From NCBI GenBank assembly GCA_013239625.1, contig MU053379.1, positions 1,108,974 through 1,172,973 of the forward strand: a stretch of 64,000 nt of DNA. Reading direction: 5' to 3'. The DNA comes from Lama guanicoe (lineage: Eukaryota). Below, piece by piece: positions 25,001-36,200 of this stretch. Within the stretch, counting starts at the first letter, position 1. Each line of letters starts with the position of its first letter. The notes under the pieces were generated by a model. That model did not search any database and was not told the origin of the DNA. It saw only the letters and a list, made by a program, of their open reading frames with translations. Both the position numbers and the translations under genes were made by a program.

Positions 25001-28000
25001 TACAGGCACATTCTTTGTGGACCTGTTTCACTGCACTGCTTTGAACTGTAAAGGAAATAAAACAGGTCTTCCAGATGTTAGATGAGATTTCGTCAGGATG
25101 AGAGCTGTGTTGCTTTTATTGTCTGAAATCGTGTCACCATGCATGTGGTGGGGGGAGTGGGACGGGAGCAGGAAGGAGCATTCTGGGAGGGCCTGCTACT
25201 CCTGCCCCTGCTCAGGATGCCTTCCATACATTAAGCATGGGATCATGCTATATTTAACTCCTTTGTTAAACTAAAATGTGGCCTTTGTACCAAAGAGCTG
25301 ATCACTTGTCTGTGTGTGAGGTTAAGAACACAGTGACTGGGCGGTCTCAGAGGGGTCTTTCCCTAGCCCTGTGGTCTGGCTGTGTGCCCCTCTCACCCGA
25401 GGCAGGCACTGGGGCGGGGACGTTAGGGATGTGCTGGCTGACACATGTGGCCCAGGGCCCGAGTTCAGAGCCAGGTGTGCTGGCTCTGGGCCGTGTGCTC
25501 CCGTGCCCACCCCTCCCGCTGCTCTTCTTTTCACGTATGTATTTAGACGAGTCAATGCTAATTTTGATATTTTCTGAAATTCACTGTTTCTTGTCTGATC
25601 TGAATGTGTGGTGTCTGTGGTAGCGTCTGTCTCCAGCTTGGGTATTTTCAGCGTGCAGGTGGCACTGCTAAGCCCGGTGCCCAGGCGTGACTCTGAGCGT
25701 GTCCCCCCCAGGCGTTGACCTGTCCGAGTGCTTGCAGTACCCTGACTTCAGTGTCGTGGTCCTCTATAAAAAGGTCATCATCGCCTTTGGCTTCATGGTT
25801 CCCGACGTGAAGTACAACGAGGCTTACATTTCATTTCTGTTCGTCCATCCTGAGTGGAGAAGAGCGGGGATTGCGACATTCATGATTTACCACCTGATTC
25901 AGGTATGTTGTGTCTGCTCCTTGTCTCCCCCACCCCCCACCTCGGGCTTCTGAGGGGCCCAGCCGAGGGCTGAGGCTGCTTCCGGGGAGGTGATGCCAGG
26001 TGAGAGGAGCCGGTCTCTGTCGTCCATGAGGTTACTGACACACAGACAGAAACCTTCACTCCTGAGAAGGTCACTCCGCAGACCCAGGTTTCAAGGACTT
26101 TGTGAACATGTGTAGTGAATGAAGTAAGGAAGACACCGCAGATGAGCCCAAAGCGCGTGAGCCGCCCGCTGCAGCTGCTGCTGCCCTGGGAGCCCCCCCA
26201 CCACCGAGCTGCCGAGCCGCCGACACTGGGGTGGAGCTGCGATGTGTGGTTCTTCAGTATTTGCAGACATTTCAACAAAACTGTATCCATCAGTAGTACT
26301 TGCATCCTGCTGATTGGTTTTGGTTTTACTGCCGTTGTTTTCATTGATATGAACCTTCTAAGTAATTTGTCCTTTGGTCTCTGTATCACTTCTTCTTTTT
26401 TCTTTGTATCACTTTGAAGAAAGTAGACCATATATTTATCTCCTAACAGAAAAACAGGCAAGGATTGTTTTCCCCAGAACTTTTCTGGTAACTGATTTTC
26501 TAAGTCCCGTACCGTTTGATATGGAGGACTGTGTGTCATGTGGGCAAGATGCCTTAAATAGAGAAAGGAGATGATGCATTGTTTTTTTCCAATTTTTTAA
26601 TGAAACTAGCTCAGTAATTCCCCAGTGTTGGCGAGAACCTCGAGAACTGTCTTCTTAGAAATTGCTCTCTCCTCTCCTCTCCTGGCAGTTAGTGTGAGCT
26701 GCCCCGTGTTGTCTTCACCTGAGACCTTCTCAGTTACCTCCGTGTCCCCCGCCCCCTGTGTCTCTGCCCTCTGTTCACAGAGGCAGCCTCCATGTGTTCA
26801 CCTCCTCCTGGCAGGACGGCCACGGACGTCTCCTTTCTTCACTGCAAGGGCCTGCGTGCAGGGCAGGGATGACATTTTAGCGGCGCAGTTGGTCCTTACT
26901 GAGCCTCGCTGGGAGGAGTGTCCATCTTTGTATGTGGGAGCCTGGCCCCCAGCCAGCCAGACCGTAAACCCAGACACAGACGCGGTGCTGCCTGGTCGTC
27001 AGCTGTCTCAGGGTGGCCCTGCTGGGACTGTGCCTTTGCAGTGAGTGCACGCTTTTGTCCTCACTGTGCTGGTGGCTCATCCTTGTCCTAAAAATGCCTT
27101 TGGATGCAAAATGTGAGTTGAGCAGAGAAGAGAAGAGATCTGTCTACTTTTTTTTTTTCAGTGGAGGTACCGGGAATTGAACCCAGGACCTCGTGCATGC
27201 TAAGCGTGCGCTCTACCACCGAGCCATACCCACCCTCCGGTATCTGTCTACCCTTGACGGGGGCGAGTCCTCTTAGTATAGAAGCCTTGAGGATCCTGGG
27301 ATTATAATATCTCAAGGATCAAGTCCAGGATCTCAACGCCACCCCACTAAAGACCGAGTTCTGAACTTATGTGCCCTTCTGCATGCTTTATCCTCCTTGG
27401 TGAACATGAGAATCTCAGGGCTTGCCTGGAGTTGATAGGACCAGTGCTGCTGTCTTCCCCGAGGACAGGCCGATGCTGAACGTGGAAACCTCAGTTGTGT
27501 GCCGTTTGGGAGTGAAGAGAGGTGGTCTTGGGTTCAGAAGGTCCACACGGAGTAGTCGGGTTGTAGCACTAAATGGAAGTCTTGATATTTCCTTTCTGAC
27601 CACATAGTTTAACATCCTTCCTCGTGGGTCTAGGAAGGGGTTTTCACAGTTCCCTTGTAAGCTGAGACCTACTTTGTAAAAGCAGAACTCCTGTTCTCTG
27701 TTTCTTCAAGATTGTCACAGTGTTTGGTACTGATTTGTTTGATATATTTAATGTAATTGAAGTATAAAACAGTTGACAACGAAATATTCCCCTTGGCTCT
27801 GCTTCAAAGAGGAAGAGCCAGCTTACCGTCCACCTCCTTAGTCTCGATGTGCGTTCCAGTGAGGGTTGTGCTTGGCAGCAGAGCGGTGTTGGGTGTCCTG
27901 CGGTTGCTGGGCGTTACAGTGTCTCATCTTCAGTCCCCATCTCACCAGTTTCCATAACTGACTCCCGACACTTAAAAGAGTTTCCTCACCCACTCATTTT

Positions 28001-28223
28001 CCCTCCGGCTTTTTCGTTTTCACCTTGTGTTTTTCCGCTCTTTCGGCAGACCTGCATGGGCAAGGACGTGACCCTTCACGTCTCAGCAAGCAACCCCGCC
28101 ATGCTGCTCTACCAGAAGTTTGGATTCAAGACTGAAGAGTATGTTTTAGATTTTTATGATAAATATTACCCCTTGGAGAGCACAGAGTGTAAACACGCGT
28201 TCTTTCTGAGGCTCCGGCGCTGA
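935..28223 (+). CDS. KAT14: KAT14 (CSRP2BP/ATAC2) lysine acetyltransferase, 5'-partial; join(935..1053,4823..4944,8384..8565,9947..10363,10480..11048,23268..23404,24268..24443,25712..25902,28050..28223)
   Basis: The nine exons splice in frame (119+122+182+417+569+137+176+191+174 = 2087 nt) with GT-AG introns and matching phases. The translation ([19 protein letters not shown]...[46 protein letters not shown]...HAFFLRLRR*) matches mammalian CSRP2BP/KAT14 as I recall it. The start codon exon is upstream of the window. Confidence 0.97.
1381..1456 (+). mobile_element. Short L1 3'-terminal fragment with A tail
   Basis: tgaatcactgtgctgtacacctga...caatattgt...ttcaatttaaaaaaaaaa is a typical laurasiatherian L1 3' end. 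Confidence 0.6.
1645..1890. mobile_element. L2 3'-end fragment
   Basis: ttgagtgc...ccaggcactattccaggc...cctgccctggcagctgacattctag...tgctatgaaggaaataaacagg is an L2-like pattern. Confidence 0.5.
3340..3512 (-). mobile_element. L1MB-like 3' fragment
   Basis: tttaccatcttaaccattttt...cagtggcatt...ttgcaaccatcaccaccatccatctcc. Confidence 0.6.
4823..4944 (+). CDS. KAT14: KAT14 coding exon ([41 protein letters not shown])
   Basis: Acceptor tgtttcag|GTG, donor CAG|gtattt; 122 nt, phase 0 to 2. Confidence 0.95.
6640..8232 (-). mobile_element. Cluster of L1 3' ends and ORF2 C-terminus (at least three stacked L1MA-like pieces)
   Basis: ORF 7483..7845(-) [15 protein letters not shown]...[16 protein letters not shown]...IELPYDP is the L1 ORF2 C-terminus. 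Repeated 3'-end signatures start at ~6645, ~7008 and ~8055. Confidence 0.85.
8384..8565 (+). CDS. KAT14: KAT14 coding exon ([60 protein letters not shown])
   Basis: Acceptor ctcggcag|G, donor AAG|gtactg; 182 nt, phase 2 to 1. Confidence 0.95.
9947..10363 (+). CDS. KAT14: KAT14 coding exon ([26 protein letters not shown]...[10 protein letters not shown])
   Basis: Acceptor ctttcctcacag|CC, donor ACG|gtaaga; 417 nt, phase 1 to 1. Confidence 0.95.
10480..11048 (+). CDS. KAT14: KAT14 coding exon ([14 protein letters not shown]...FRILDRYQ)
   Basis: Acceptor ccactcag|AT, donor CAG|gtgagt; 569 nt, phase 1 to 0. Confidence 0.95.
12867..13300 (+). mobile_element. MaLR solo LTR (MLT1-type)
   Basis: tgaattgtgtcccc...gaatgtgaccttg..tggaaatagggc...ggccctgctggcaccttgatttctgacttctgg...tttgtggagc. 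Confidence 0.8.
15170..16735 (-). mobile_element. Old L1 5' region and ORF1 remnant
   Basis: ORF 15468..15908(-) [32 protein letters not shown]...LDTAEER...IMTENFPKL matches the L1 ORF1p coiled coil. Confidence 0.75.
16917..19185 (-). mobile_element. Near full-length Tigger1 (pogo/TcMar) DNA transposon with decayed transposase
   Basis: Ends TA|caagcagacctc... and ...aaaatgaggcatgcgtg|TA are degenerate TIRs with a TA TSD. ORF fragments 18413..18745, 18091..18372, 17689..17943 and 17146..17625 translate to Tigger1-like peptides (e.g. [20 protein letters not shown]). Confidence 0.92.
19310..20090 (-). mobile_element. L1 (L1MA/MB-like) ORF2 end and 3' UTR
   Basis: ORF 19450..20076(-) contains AIPLLG...[34 protein letters not shown]-rich tail at ~19310. 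Confidence 0.85.
21265..21398 (-). mobile_element. Vic-1-type tRNA-Ala-derived SINE
   Basis: Minus strand reads GGGGAGGGTATAGCTCAGTGGTAC...GGTTCAATCCCCAGTACCTCCA plus an AATAAATAAGCCTAATTAC tail; Pol III A and B boxes present. Confidence 0.85.
21402..21548 (-). mobile_element. Vic-1-type SINE, second copy in tandem
   Basis: Same consensus as the adjacent copy (GGTTCAATCCCCAGTGCCTCCA...AAGCCTAATTACCT). Confidence 0.85.
21855..22300. mobile_element. Old MaLR LTR (MLT1-like)
   Basis: tgctgcgttacaagccaccccacaacttagtggctgaagacag...cttccgccactttctgattgg. Confidence 0.6.
23268..23404 (+). CDS. KAT14: KAT14 coding exon ([46 protein letters not shown])
   Basis: Acceptor tctttctcacag|ACT, donor CAG|gtgtac; 137 nt, phase 0 to 2. 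Confidence 0.95.
24268..24443 (+). CDS. KAT14: KAT14 coding exon ([19 protein letters not shown]...SMCQEFFWP)
   Basis: Acceptor ttctggag|G (GAG type), donor CTG|gtatgt; 176 nt, phase 2 to 1. Confidence 0.93.
25712..25902 (+). CDS. KAT14: KAT14 coding exon, GNAT domain with acetyl-CoA-binding motif A ([11 protein letters not shown])
   Basis: Acceptor gtcccccccag|GC, donor CAG|gtatgt; 191 nt, phase 1 to 0; contains the R-x-x-G-x-A motif. Confidence 0.95.
27148..27241 (-). mobile_element. Short tRNA-Ala(AGC)-like SINE (Vic-1 head plus polyA) with 10-bp TSD
   Basis: Perfect TSD atctgtctac at 27138-27147 and 27242-27251; body GGTATGGCTCGGTGGTAGAGCGCACGCTTAGCATGCACGAGGTCCTGGGTTCAATTCCCGGTACCTCCA followed by polyA. 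Confidence 0.88.
28050..28223 (+). CDS. KAT14: KAT14 last coding exon, GNAT motif B ([12 protein letters not shown]) and TGA stop
   Basis: Acceptor tttcggcag|ACC; 174 nt to the TGA at 28221-28223. Confidence 0.95.
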   Translation, partial: TCMGKDVTLHVSASNPAMLLYQKFGFKTEEYVLDFYDKYYPLESTECKHAFFLRLRR

Positions 28224-28724
28224 CGTGAGTGCAGCTCTTCGCAGGGAGGCGCATGCACTCAGCAAGAAGGGTCTTCAGGGGACCCACGGCGGGTACCATC
28301 CCCTGTGGGTTCTGATCTCTGTGATGGGACCCCCACCCCCACGTCCCAGCGGAGATGAGAGGCGTGGGCAGCGGGACGAGGAGAGCGCCCCTTCAGAGTC
28401 ACTGTCCAGCCCTTTCTGGACGGGCCTTCGCCCCACACCTGAGACTCCGCCATCAGACAAGACCACGGTGTGCTGGCCTCCATCACCCACAGCCGTCAAG
28501 CAGGAATTGTCTAGACTGACATCTTGAGGGGAAAGCATCTACCCGCATTTAAAGTGTGAGAAATGTGCCTGAAGGGCACCGTGCTGTCCTGGGGTGGTGA
28601 GCGATTATGATGGTAACGTGGTGGGACACCAGCCCATTCCCAGCCGTCATACGTTGTCACTGACCCAGGAGGACCCCAGGGCACTGAGGCTCCATTGTCT
28701 CTCCCTGACTCTGGTCACAATCAA

Positions 28725-28730
28725 AATAAA
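28725..28730 (+). terminator. Proximal polyadenylation signal AATAAA of KAT14
   Basis: AATAAA ~500 nt after the stop, followed by a GU-rich tract (ggtgtttgtgtct). Confidence 0.6.
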
Positions 28731-29038
28731 CCCGGTGTTTGTGTCTGAGTCACTTCACCCATTCTCACACGAGCATCTCCCGCCGGGGCCGTGGCCTGGG
28801 ACTCGGTCTCGTTCTCCCGGCCTGTGAAGTGGGCTTGGGGTTGGAGCAGCCATGCAGCTGCCGTTTTCGTCGTGCCCCTGTACAGAGGAGTGCGGTGTGG
28901 GGTAGAACCCGCCGTGGACAGAATCCGTCTCGTCTGCAGGGCGAAGCTGTTGGTGTGTTTGTGGGTGTTGGAGATGGGCTGTCAGTCAGGTGGTTTTGGA
29001 TTTAGCAGGAACATTTCCAGACGTATCCAGTGTTCACA

Positions 29039-29044
29039 AATAAA
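29039..29044 (+). terminator. Distal polyadenylation signal AATAAA of KAT14
   Basis: AATAAA ~815 nt after the stop, followed by U/GU-rich sequence (tctttcttgtg...ctgtgg). Confidence 0.6.
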
Positions 29045-29699
29045 AATCTTTCTTGTGACAGGCTGTGGCCAGAGCTTCAGTCTTATCACTTTGCTTTCAA
29101 ACTCTGTATAAGAGCAGTGGTTCTTAACTTTTGGGGACACAAATCCCACTGAGAATCCAAAGAAAGCTGAATACTCTCTAGAAAACTGTGCACCCCAACA
29201 GATAGGGAGGGACCAGCTGTCACTGTCTCACGTGCAGGGCCCTTAAGGGCTAGGTTCTTAAGATCATAGACACATTGTCTCCTACTCTCCGAGCGTATCT
29301 GTTTCAATGTTAATGGATTTTTTTCACCCCAAAGCTCTAGGCGGAGTTGGCACTGGAGGGAGAGGGTGGTTGGAGCCCCTGCACATATGAGCCCCCAGGT
29401 GTGTGTCTGTGCGTAGGGACCTGAGTCTCGTCCTTTCCTCAGCGGCGAACTCTCCAGGGCTCCGGGCAGACTTGGCTGCACTCTGTGCCCCCTCACCACT
29501 CATGTCATTCAGCGAGAGAATTTCAAGCTGGAGATGAGCAGTGACTAAAAAGTGAGTATTGTGCTAGCGTGTTCACGTTCGGGCAAAAGTCCAGCATTCC
29601 AGTGACCCTGAATGTGGCCAAAGGCTAAATTAAATACCAAGATATGTCCAGCCAAAGGCAGTAGGCTCCACAGGGAGTGAAAGCAGAGGCTCAGAGGGT

Positions 29700-30150
29700 C
29701 TTGGACAAACAAGAATTGTTGGCAGCTGGGGCCTCTGCAGGGCAAGCGGTAGGCGGGGCCCGCGCGCCCTGGAGCGCTCGGCTGTGGGCTCGGGCGGAGG
29801 CAGCGCGGCCCCCGCAGACCAGCTCCCGGGTGCTGAAGTCGGAAACCATGGCAGCCCCCGTTCCTGAGCCCTTGATTCTCCCAGCGGCTCCTTGAGCTGG
29901 TGCTGTGGTTGCCTCTCTTTTAGGGAAGAGGAAAGGGGCCTGAGAGGCTGCGGAACTGTGTGCCCGGGGCACGCAGAGGGAAAGCAGCGGGCAGGAGCCC
30001 CGGCCGCCCCGCGCCCGCCCGCAGGGTGTGCAAGTAGGGGGGCTCTCCCCCCGAGGCCCGGGCTGACTGCCGTTCTCTTCCCACGTGCTCTGCCCGTGGA
30101 CCTCTGACCGTCGGTGTTTTCCTTGCTGGTCTCCCAGGTCAGGGTTCATA
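29700..30150. promoter_or_regulatory. CpG/GC-rich island-like segment downstream of the KAT14 3' end
   Basis: Dense CpGs and GC boxes (GGCGGG, GGGCGG, CCGCCC); not a recognisable repeat. Confidence 0.4.
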
Positions 30151-30349
30151 ACCTGAGGTGGTCGTGTAGAAAGGCAGGTGTGTATGAGTGTGGGTGTTTG
30201 TGGGGCGTCCCGAAGCTTCACCCGCAGTTCCGAGGGATGTGTGAGCCAAAAGGCAGTACTCAGCCCTATTCAGACTGGAGGAAGGAACTTTATAGAGCCA
30301 GCCGGGTGGTCGGAACAGAGGTTCAAAAGGAATGACTCACCAAATAGTA

Positions 30350-31230
30350 TCTTTCAAATGTTTTATTTTAATTCTTACATAATTTCCGTCTTAAAAGAAA
30401 AGTTGCAAAAGGGTACAAAGAAAGCCAGATAGCCCTCATTCCCATTCCCTAGATGTTAATATTTCACACACTCACACCCTCCTTTACACACATCTGCGTG
30501 TGTGCACACCCGCACTTTTTTCCTGAACCATTTAAAAGTGGATTGTAGACACTGCACCCCTGTTACCCTTAATACCTTGGGGCGCCTTTCTGAAAGTAAG
30601 GCACGTTCTTACGTCGCTACTGCGTAATGACCAAAATCGGGGACGGTGGCCTCGACCCCGTGCCGCTGTTCTAACGTACGCACCTGCTGCATTTCGCGCT
30701 GACTGTGCCAGTGCTGCCCTTGACAGCAAGAGAGAGTCAAGGCCGGCTGTCGCCTGCAGTTGTCGTGCTTCTCCAGTCTCCTGTGATCAGAAGCTGGCCC
30801 CGGTCTTTGCTAATGTGGCCGTGCTTGAAGAGTTCCGGCTGGTTGGTTTGTAGGATGTCCCGGGATGCAGGGACGTCTGCTGTTTCCTCCTGTTCAGTTG
30901 TCAGGCACTTGGGCAGGAATGCCGTGGACACGCCACTGAGTTCTCAGCGCACCACTGAGGAAGCACATGCTGTCCCCGAGTCCCATCTCTGATCTTGCAA
31001 AGTTAGCTTCCGCTCTTTAGTTAAGGCGGGAGGAACCTTCTTTGCAAATACGTACCTTGTGGGGAGGCTCACTGCGACTGTGCAGACACACCCTGCTGCT
31101 CCTCCAGCCTTGCACTGCTGGTTGGAGCATCCCAGCCATGCCCGGCCCTCCATGTTGCAGCACCGTGAGCTTAGGTTAAGCTCGTTAAGTAGGTCTTCTG
31201 CGTCCGTCACCCTTCAGTGTAATGCCGACA
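30350..31230 (-). mobile_element. Old L1MC-like 3' fragment
   Basis: aaagttgcaaaa...ttttcctgaaccatttaaaagt...ttgaagagttccggctggttggtttgtagga pattern. Confidence 0.6.
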
Positions 31231-32822
31231 AGTGTTCTGCATTCTGAGCACCGCCGCAGGAGCAGCAGGGGCCTGGGTGGGGCCCGTCACTTGGGGGTAC
31301 AGGTTGTGCATCTTAGCATTTACCAGAGCTTCTCTGCTGACAAAGAGAATGAAGGGTATCTTACCTATTGCTACATAAGAAACCACCACAAAATCAAATC
31401 TAGCAGCTTAAAACCATCGCTATTTATTTTCTCTTGGGTGTCTGAGGGTTTTCTGGATGGTTCTTCCCACGGGGTGCCGGCTGGGGCACGGGGGCAGCAG
31501 CCGTCCTCTGGTAGTTCACCTGGGGTGCTGGCCAGGGGCCTCAGTTCTCTTCCAGGTGGGCCCCTCCACATGGCTGCCTCCAACCTCGTGGCCTGGTGGC
31601 AGGGTTCCAAGAAGGAACATTCTTCCAGCGTGCCAGGATGACAGACCCCAATTGCAAGTGCTTCTCGGGCCTCTCCGTACATCGTGCTCACTGCTGGCCC
31701 ATCGGCCGGAGCCAGCCACGTAGCCCAGCTCCTAGACCTTGCAGGAGGGCTTCGTGAGGATGTGTGCCGGGATGCGTGGTTCCCAGGGGGCCACCAAGAC
31801 CAAAGGAGACTCACGCACAGAAGGCCATTACAGGCAGAGCCCCTGCAGTGCTGACACCCACATGGCAGCTGCCCAGCTGGAACTGTTCCCCTTTGGGGCA
31901 GCTGGGTGGCCCGTATCTGGTGGACACTGTATCCACGCTAGGAATGGCAGTGAGAGTGTGACTAGTGGCCAGGGTGCAGAGCTCTGGGTGGCCGCAGACT
32001 TTGGTTTGGTTTGGTTTGTGGGCCAGTTTGTAGAGAAGAGGAGGGTGAGACGGTCTCAGGGACACTTCAGGTGAGGCCTCCCCCAGAGGTCTCGGCTGGG
32101 CTCCCCCAGGATCTGGGAAGACCTCCCCTTATATCCATCCCATTTTACAGTAAATTATCCCTCCCTCCTTTTAAAGTTTTGTTGAGGTGTAATTTGCATA
32201 CTGTAAGATTTGCCAGTTTTAAGGGTACAATGTAGTGATTTTTATAGAGATGTATATAGAGTTATGCAACTGTGACTCAATCCAGTTTTGGAATGTAGGG
32301 CCGAACAGGTCCCTGGTGCTCATTTGCAGTCAGTCCCCACCCCTTCCCCAGCTCCAGACAACCACCCAGCTGTTTTCTGTCCCTGTATATTTGCCTTTTC
32401 TAAACATTACATGTGAAATGCCCTTTCTTCACATTACCTCAAGCTGGCTTCCAGACAGGTTTCTCTAACCCAGCAGAGACAATTGCTTTAGATACTTTGG
32501 TATAAATCCTCCAGGGACTTTTGTTTGATGCACATACACACCGTCACATGTACCAATCTTTTTCCATATACTAATTTTTAAAATGCACTGTGATCATATT
32601 GTATACCTCGTTCTATAAGATACCTGATTTTTTTTCTATTTTTTTCTTTAAGTGATCACAAACAGCATTCTAAGTTATCAAATGTTTTTTAAAAATCATG
32701 TATGGTAGAATTTTATTTCCTTATAGGAATATACCAGTTTAGCAAATACCCCGCTATTTCCAGTTTTTCTGTTGTAAACAACACTGCCCTGAACATTCCT
32801 GAAGCTAAGTCTGGACTCACGT

Positions 32823-32916
32823 CCATGACTGCTCCTTTAGGGGACCTTCCCGGAAGTCGGGGGGAGGAGCCACGACTGCTCCTTTAGGGGACACTCCCGT
32901 AAGTCGGGGGGAGGGG
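32823..32916 (+). repeat. Two-copy 47-bp tandem duplication
   Basis: ccatgactgctcctttaggggaccttcccggaagtcggggggaggag followed by ccacgactgctcctttaggggacactcccgtaagtcggggggagggg. Confidence 0.9.
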
Positions 32917-33289
32917 ATGCGTGGTGTCTTGAAGTGTCATTGGAAGTGAGCATCGAGATGCCTGCTTGCTGAGTGTGTCTGATGTGCCGGCACCATTCGA
33001 AGAGCCTTGAGCAACTCAGAAACTTAGTCACAACTGCTCTCTGAGACGGGTACTCTTAGGATTCTCCTTTTTCTTTATGGGGAAAAAAAGGCACAGAGAT
33101 GTTGGTAGCTTGCCCCAGATGTCACAGCTAGTGACGGCAGAGCCTGGTTGTCTGGCTCCAGAACCCTTACTTTTAACCACAAAACTTTTTTTTTTAGTTT
33201 ATAATTGAACCCCTTGTATTACGCCCACAGCTCCTACTTTTGTTACTGTTGAACAGACAACTTGTGAGGTTCATGAAGTAGTTTTCCAG

Positions 33290-36200
33290 GGCAAAGTTGA
33301 AGAACTTACCTTCTCATTTTCAAACCTTTGTACAAGCTGCAGCGATCAAGGCCACGTGGTGACAGTGTGAGGACAGACAGCACTGAGCAATGGGACAGGA
33401 CTGAGAGCTCAGCCATAACCCCTTATATTTATAATCAGCTGACGGATGAGAAATTTAGGGAATGGTGCTAGGACAACTGGATGTCCAAATGCGAAAGATA
33501 AATCTGTATCTCTACCTCACACTGTACAGAAATTAACTCAAAAATGTCCCAGACCTAAACTTAAGAACTAAAATGATAAAACTTCTTAGATGAAAACAGG
33601 AGTAAATCTTCATGGTCTTGGGTTAGGTGATTACCTAAACTAAGAAACTGGGTTTCTTAAATACAACACCAAAAGCACAAATAATAAAAGAACAAAATTG
33701 ATAAATCAGACCTAAAAGCATTTACACTTCAAAAGACACCATCTAGAAAGTGAAAAAAATAACTCACACAGGTTCCCTGGTGAATCCCACCAAACATTTA
33801 AGGAAGAAATGATACCAATTTCCCACCATCTCTTGCAGAAGATAGAGGCAGAGAGAATAATTCCTAACTCTTTTATGAGGCCAGCGTTACCCTAACACTA
33901 AAACCAGACAGACATTACAAGAAAACTACAGACCAGTATCTCTCATGAACATAGATTCAAAAATCCTCACCAACTATTAGCAACTCAAATCCAACAATTT
34001 ATAAAGAGAATTATACACCATGACCCACGTGGGCTTTGTCCCAGGTGTGCTAAATTGGCCAATGTTAGAAAAAACCCGTTAATGCAATCATGTCAATAGG
34101 TGGAAGAATAAAAATCACACGATCAGGTTACATGATACGTGACAAAAATCCAACGCCCGTTCATAACGGAAACTCATCAGAGTAAGAATGGAGGGGAACT
34201 TCCTCAACTTGATAAAGGGCTTATACAAAAACCTACACCTAAACATCATGCTAGTGGTGAGAAGCTAGAAGCTTTCTGGCTAAGATCAGGAACAAGGTAA
34301 GGGTGCCCCCTCTCACCACTCCTTTTACCATCGCACTGGAAGTTCTGGTTAATGCGGGAAATGAAGTAATAGGTGCACAGATTGAGAAGGGAGATACAAA
34401 CTGGCTTTGTGTTCAGGTGACATGATTGTAGAAGATCTGAAAGAACTGACAAAAAAGTGGAGTTAACAGGTGAGCAGCAAGGTGGCAGGATACACAGCTG
34501 CACAGGTCAGTTGCTTTCCTAGATGCTAGCAATGACGAGTGGAATTTGAAATGAAGAACAAAACACCGCTTATATTAGCAGGTATAAATCTAACAAATAT
34601 GTACAAGATCTATGTGAGGAAAACTACAAAACTGTGATGAAAGAAAGAAAACAAGAACTAAATAAATGGAGAGATATTCCATGTTTAGGCACAGGACGAC
34701 TCAACATTGTCAAGATGTAATTTCTTCCCAACTTGATCTGTAGAGTCAATGCAATTTCAGTCAAAATCCCAGCAAGTTATTCTGTAGGTTTGTAGAAACT
34801 GATTCTAAAGTTTATAGCCAAGAGACACAGAATAGCCAACACTGTTGAAGGAAAAGAGCAAAGTTGGAGGAGTGACCCTACTTATCTTCAAGATGTTCTA
34901 CAAAGCTGTGGTAAGCCCAGCGCTGGGGTATTGGGGGAAAAACAGATAAAAGGAACCGAATAGGGAGCCCAGAAATACACTTACTTAAATATAGCCAACT
35001 GATCTCTGACAAAGGAGCAAAGGCACCACCATGGAGAAAACAGTCTTTCCAGCTAACAGTGATGGACGAGCCGCATCCACAAGGTACCATACAAGGAGCC
35101 CAGGACAGCTTGTGCTCAGAGAGCCTGAACTCCTCAGTGGGTTTCAGCAAAGCGTTTTAAAGGCCAGGTGACGGAGGGGAGTCCCAGGGTAAGTGAGCAG
35201 CTCTCGCACAATCCTCTGCTTGGTCGGTGTCACGGGAGTTTACATCAATCCTTAGGCCCCAGTAGGTCACGGTCACCTGTGCTCATGGTTATCAAGTCTC
35301 CCATCGGTGGTGGTTTAGTATCTGTAAAACAACTCAGGAACCGTGCGTCAGATACTGTTATCTGGGTGCTTCAGAGAGGGGCTAAAGCAGAGGGTGTGGG
35401 GGAGGGGTCTGTCCCAGGAAGGCCCCGTGGGGTCCTGGTCAGTTACACAAGGCACAACTCATGAAAGAAAGACTTGATAAGCTGGGCTTCATCAAAATTA
35501 GAAACTGATGCTGTATGAAAGATACTGTCGAGAAATTAAGAAGACAAGCCACAAATCTTTGCAAAGCATACATCTGATAAATGACTTATCCGGCATATAC
35601 AGAAAACACTTCAAACTCAAGAAATTAATAAGGACATGAACAACCTGATTTTAAAATGGGCAAAAGACCTAAACAGACACTTCACCAAGAAGATGTACAG
35701 AGAGCAAACAAGCGGACGAGCAGATGCCCCACGTCGCATGTCATCAGGGAACTGCAAGTGGAAACAGCCGTGAGAGACCTCTGCACACCTCTAAGAGCGG
35801 CTGAAATCGCAGCACCGAGCGCTGACGAGGGAGCGGAGCAGCGGGAACGCTCACGCACTGCTGGCGAGAACGTGAAAGAGCGTAGCTACTGTGGAAGACG
35901 GTTTGGCAGCTTCTTACAAAAACAGACACTCTTTTCGTATGATCCAGCAATCACACTCCTCATATTTACCCAAATGATATTAAAATGTATGTCTGCACAC
36001 AAACCTGCACATGAACCTTTATCCATCATTGCCAGATCTTGGAAGCAACCAAGGTGTCCTTCAGCAGGTGAATGGATAAATAAACTGGTACATCCAGACA
36101 GCAGAGTAGTTTTCAGCACTAAAAAGTAACAAGCTATCAAGCATGAAAAGACATGCAGGAACCTTAAATGCGTATTACTAAGTGAAATAAGCCAGTCTGG

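Noticed and set aside
27160..27235. Functional tRNA-Ala gene
   Set aside because: The polyA tail, TSD and similarity to the other SINE copies indicate a retroposed SINE.
28221..28527. Stop-codon readthrough or a downstream ORF in the KAT14 3' UTR
   Set aside because: The context TGA-CGT is not the UGA-CUAG motif, and neither the extension nor ORF 28225..28527 (GTG start) has recognisable features.
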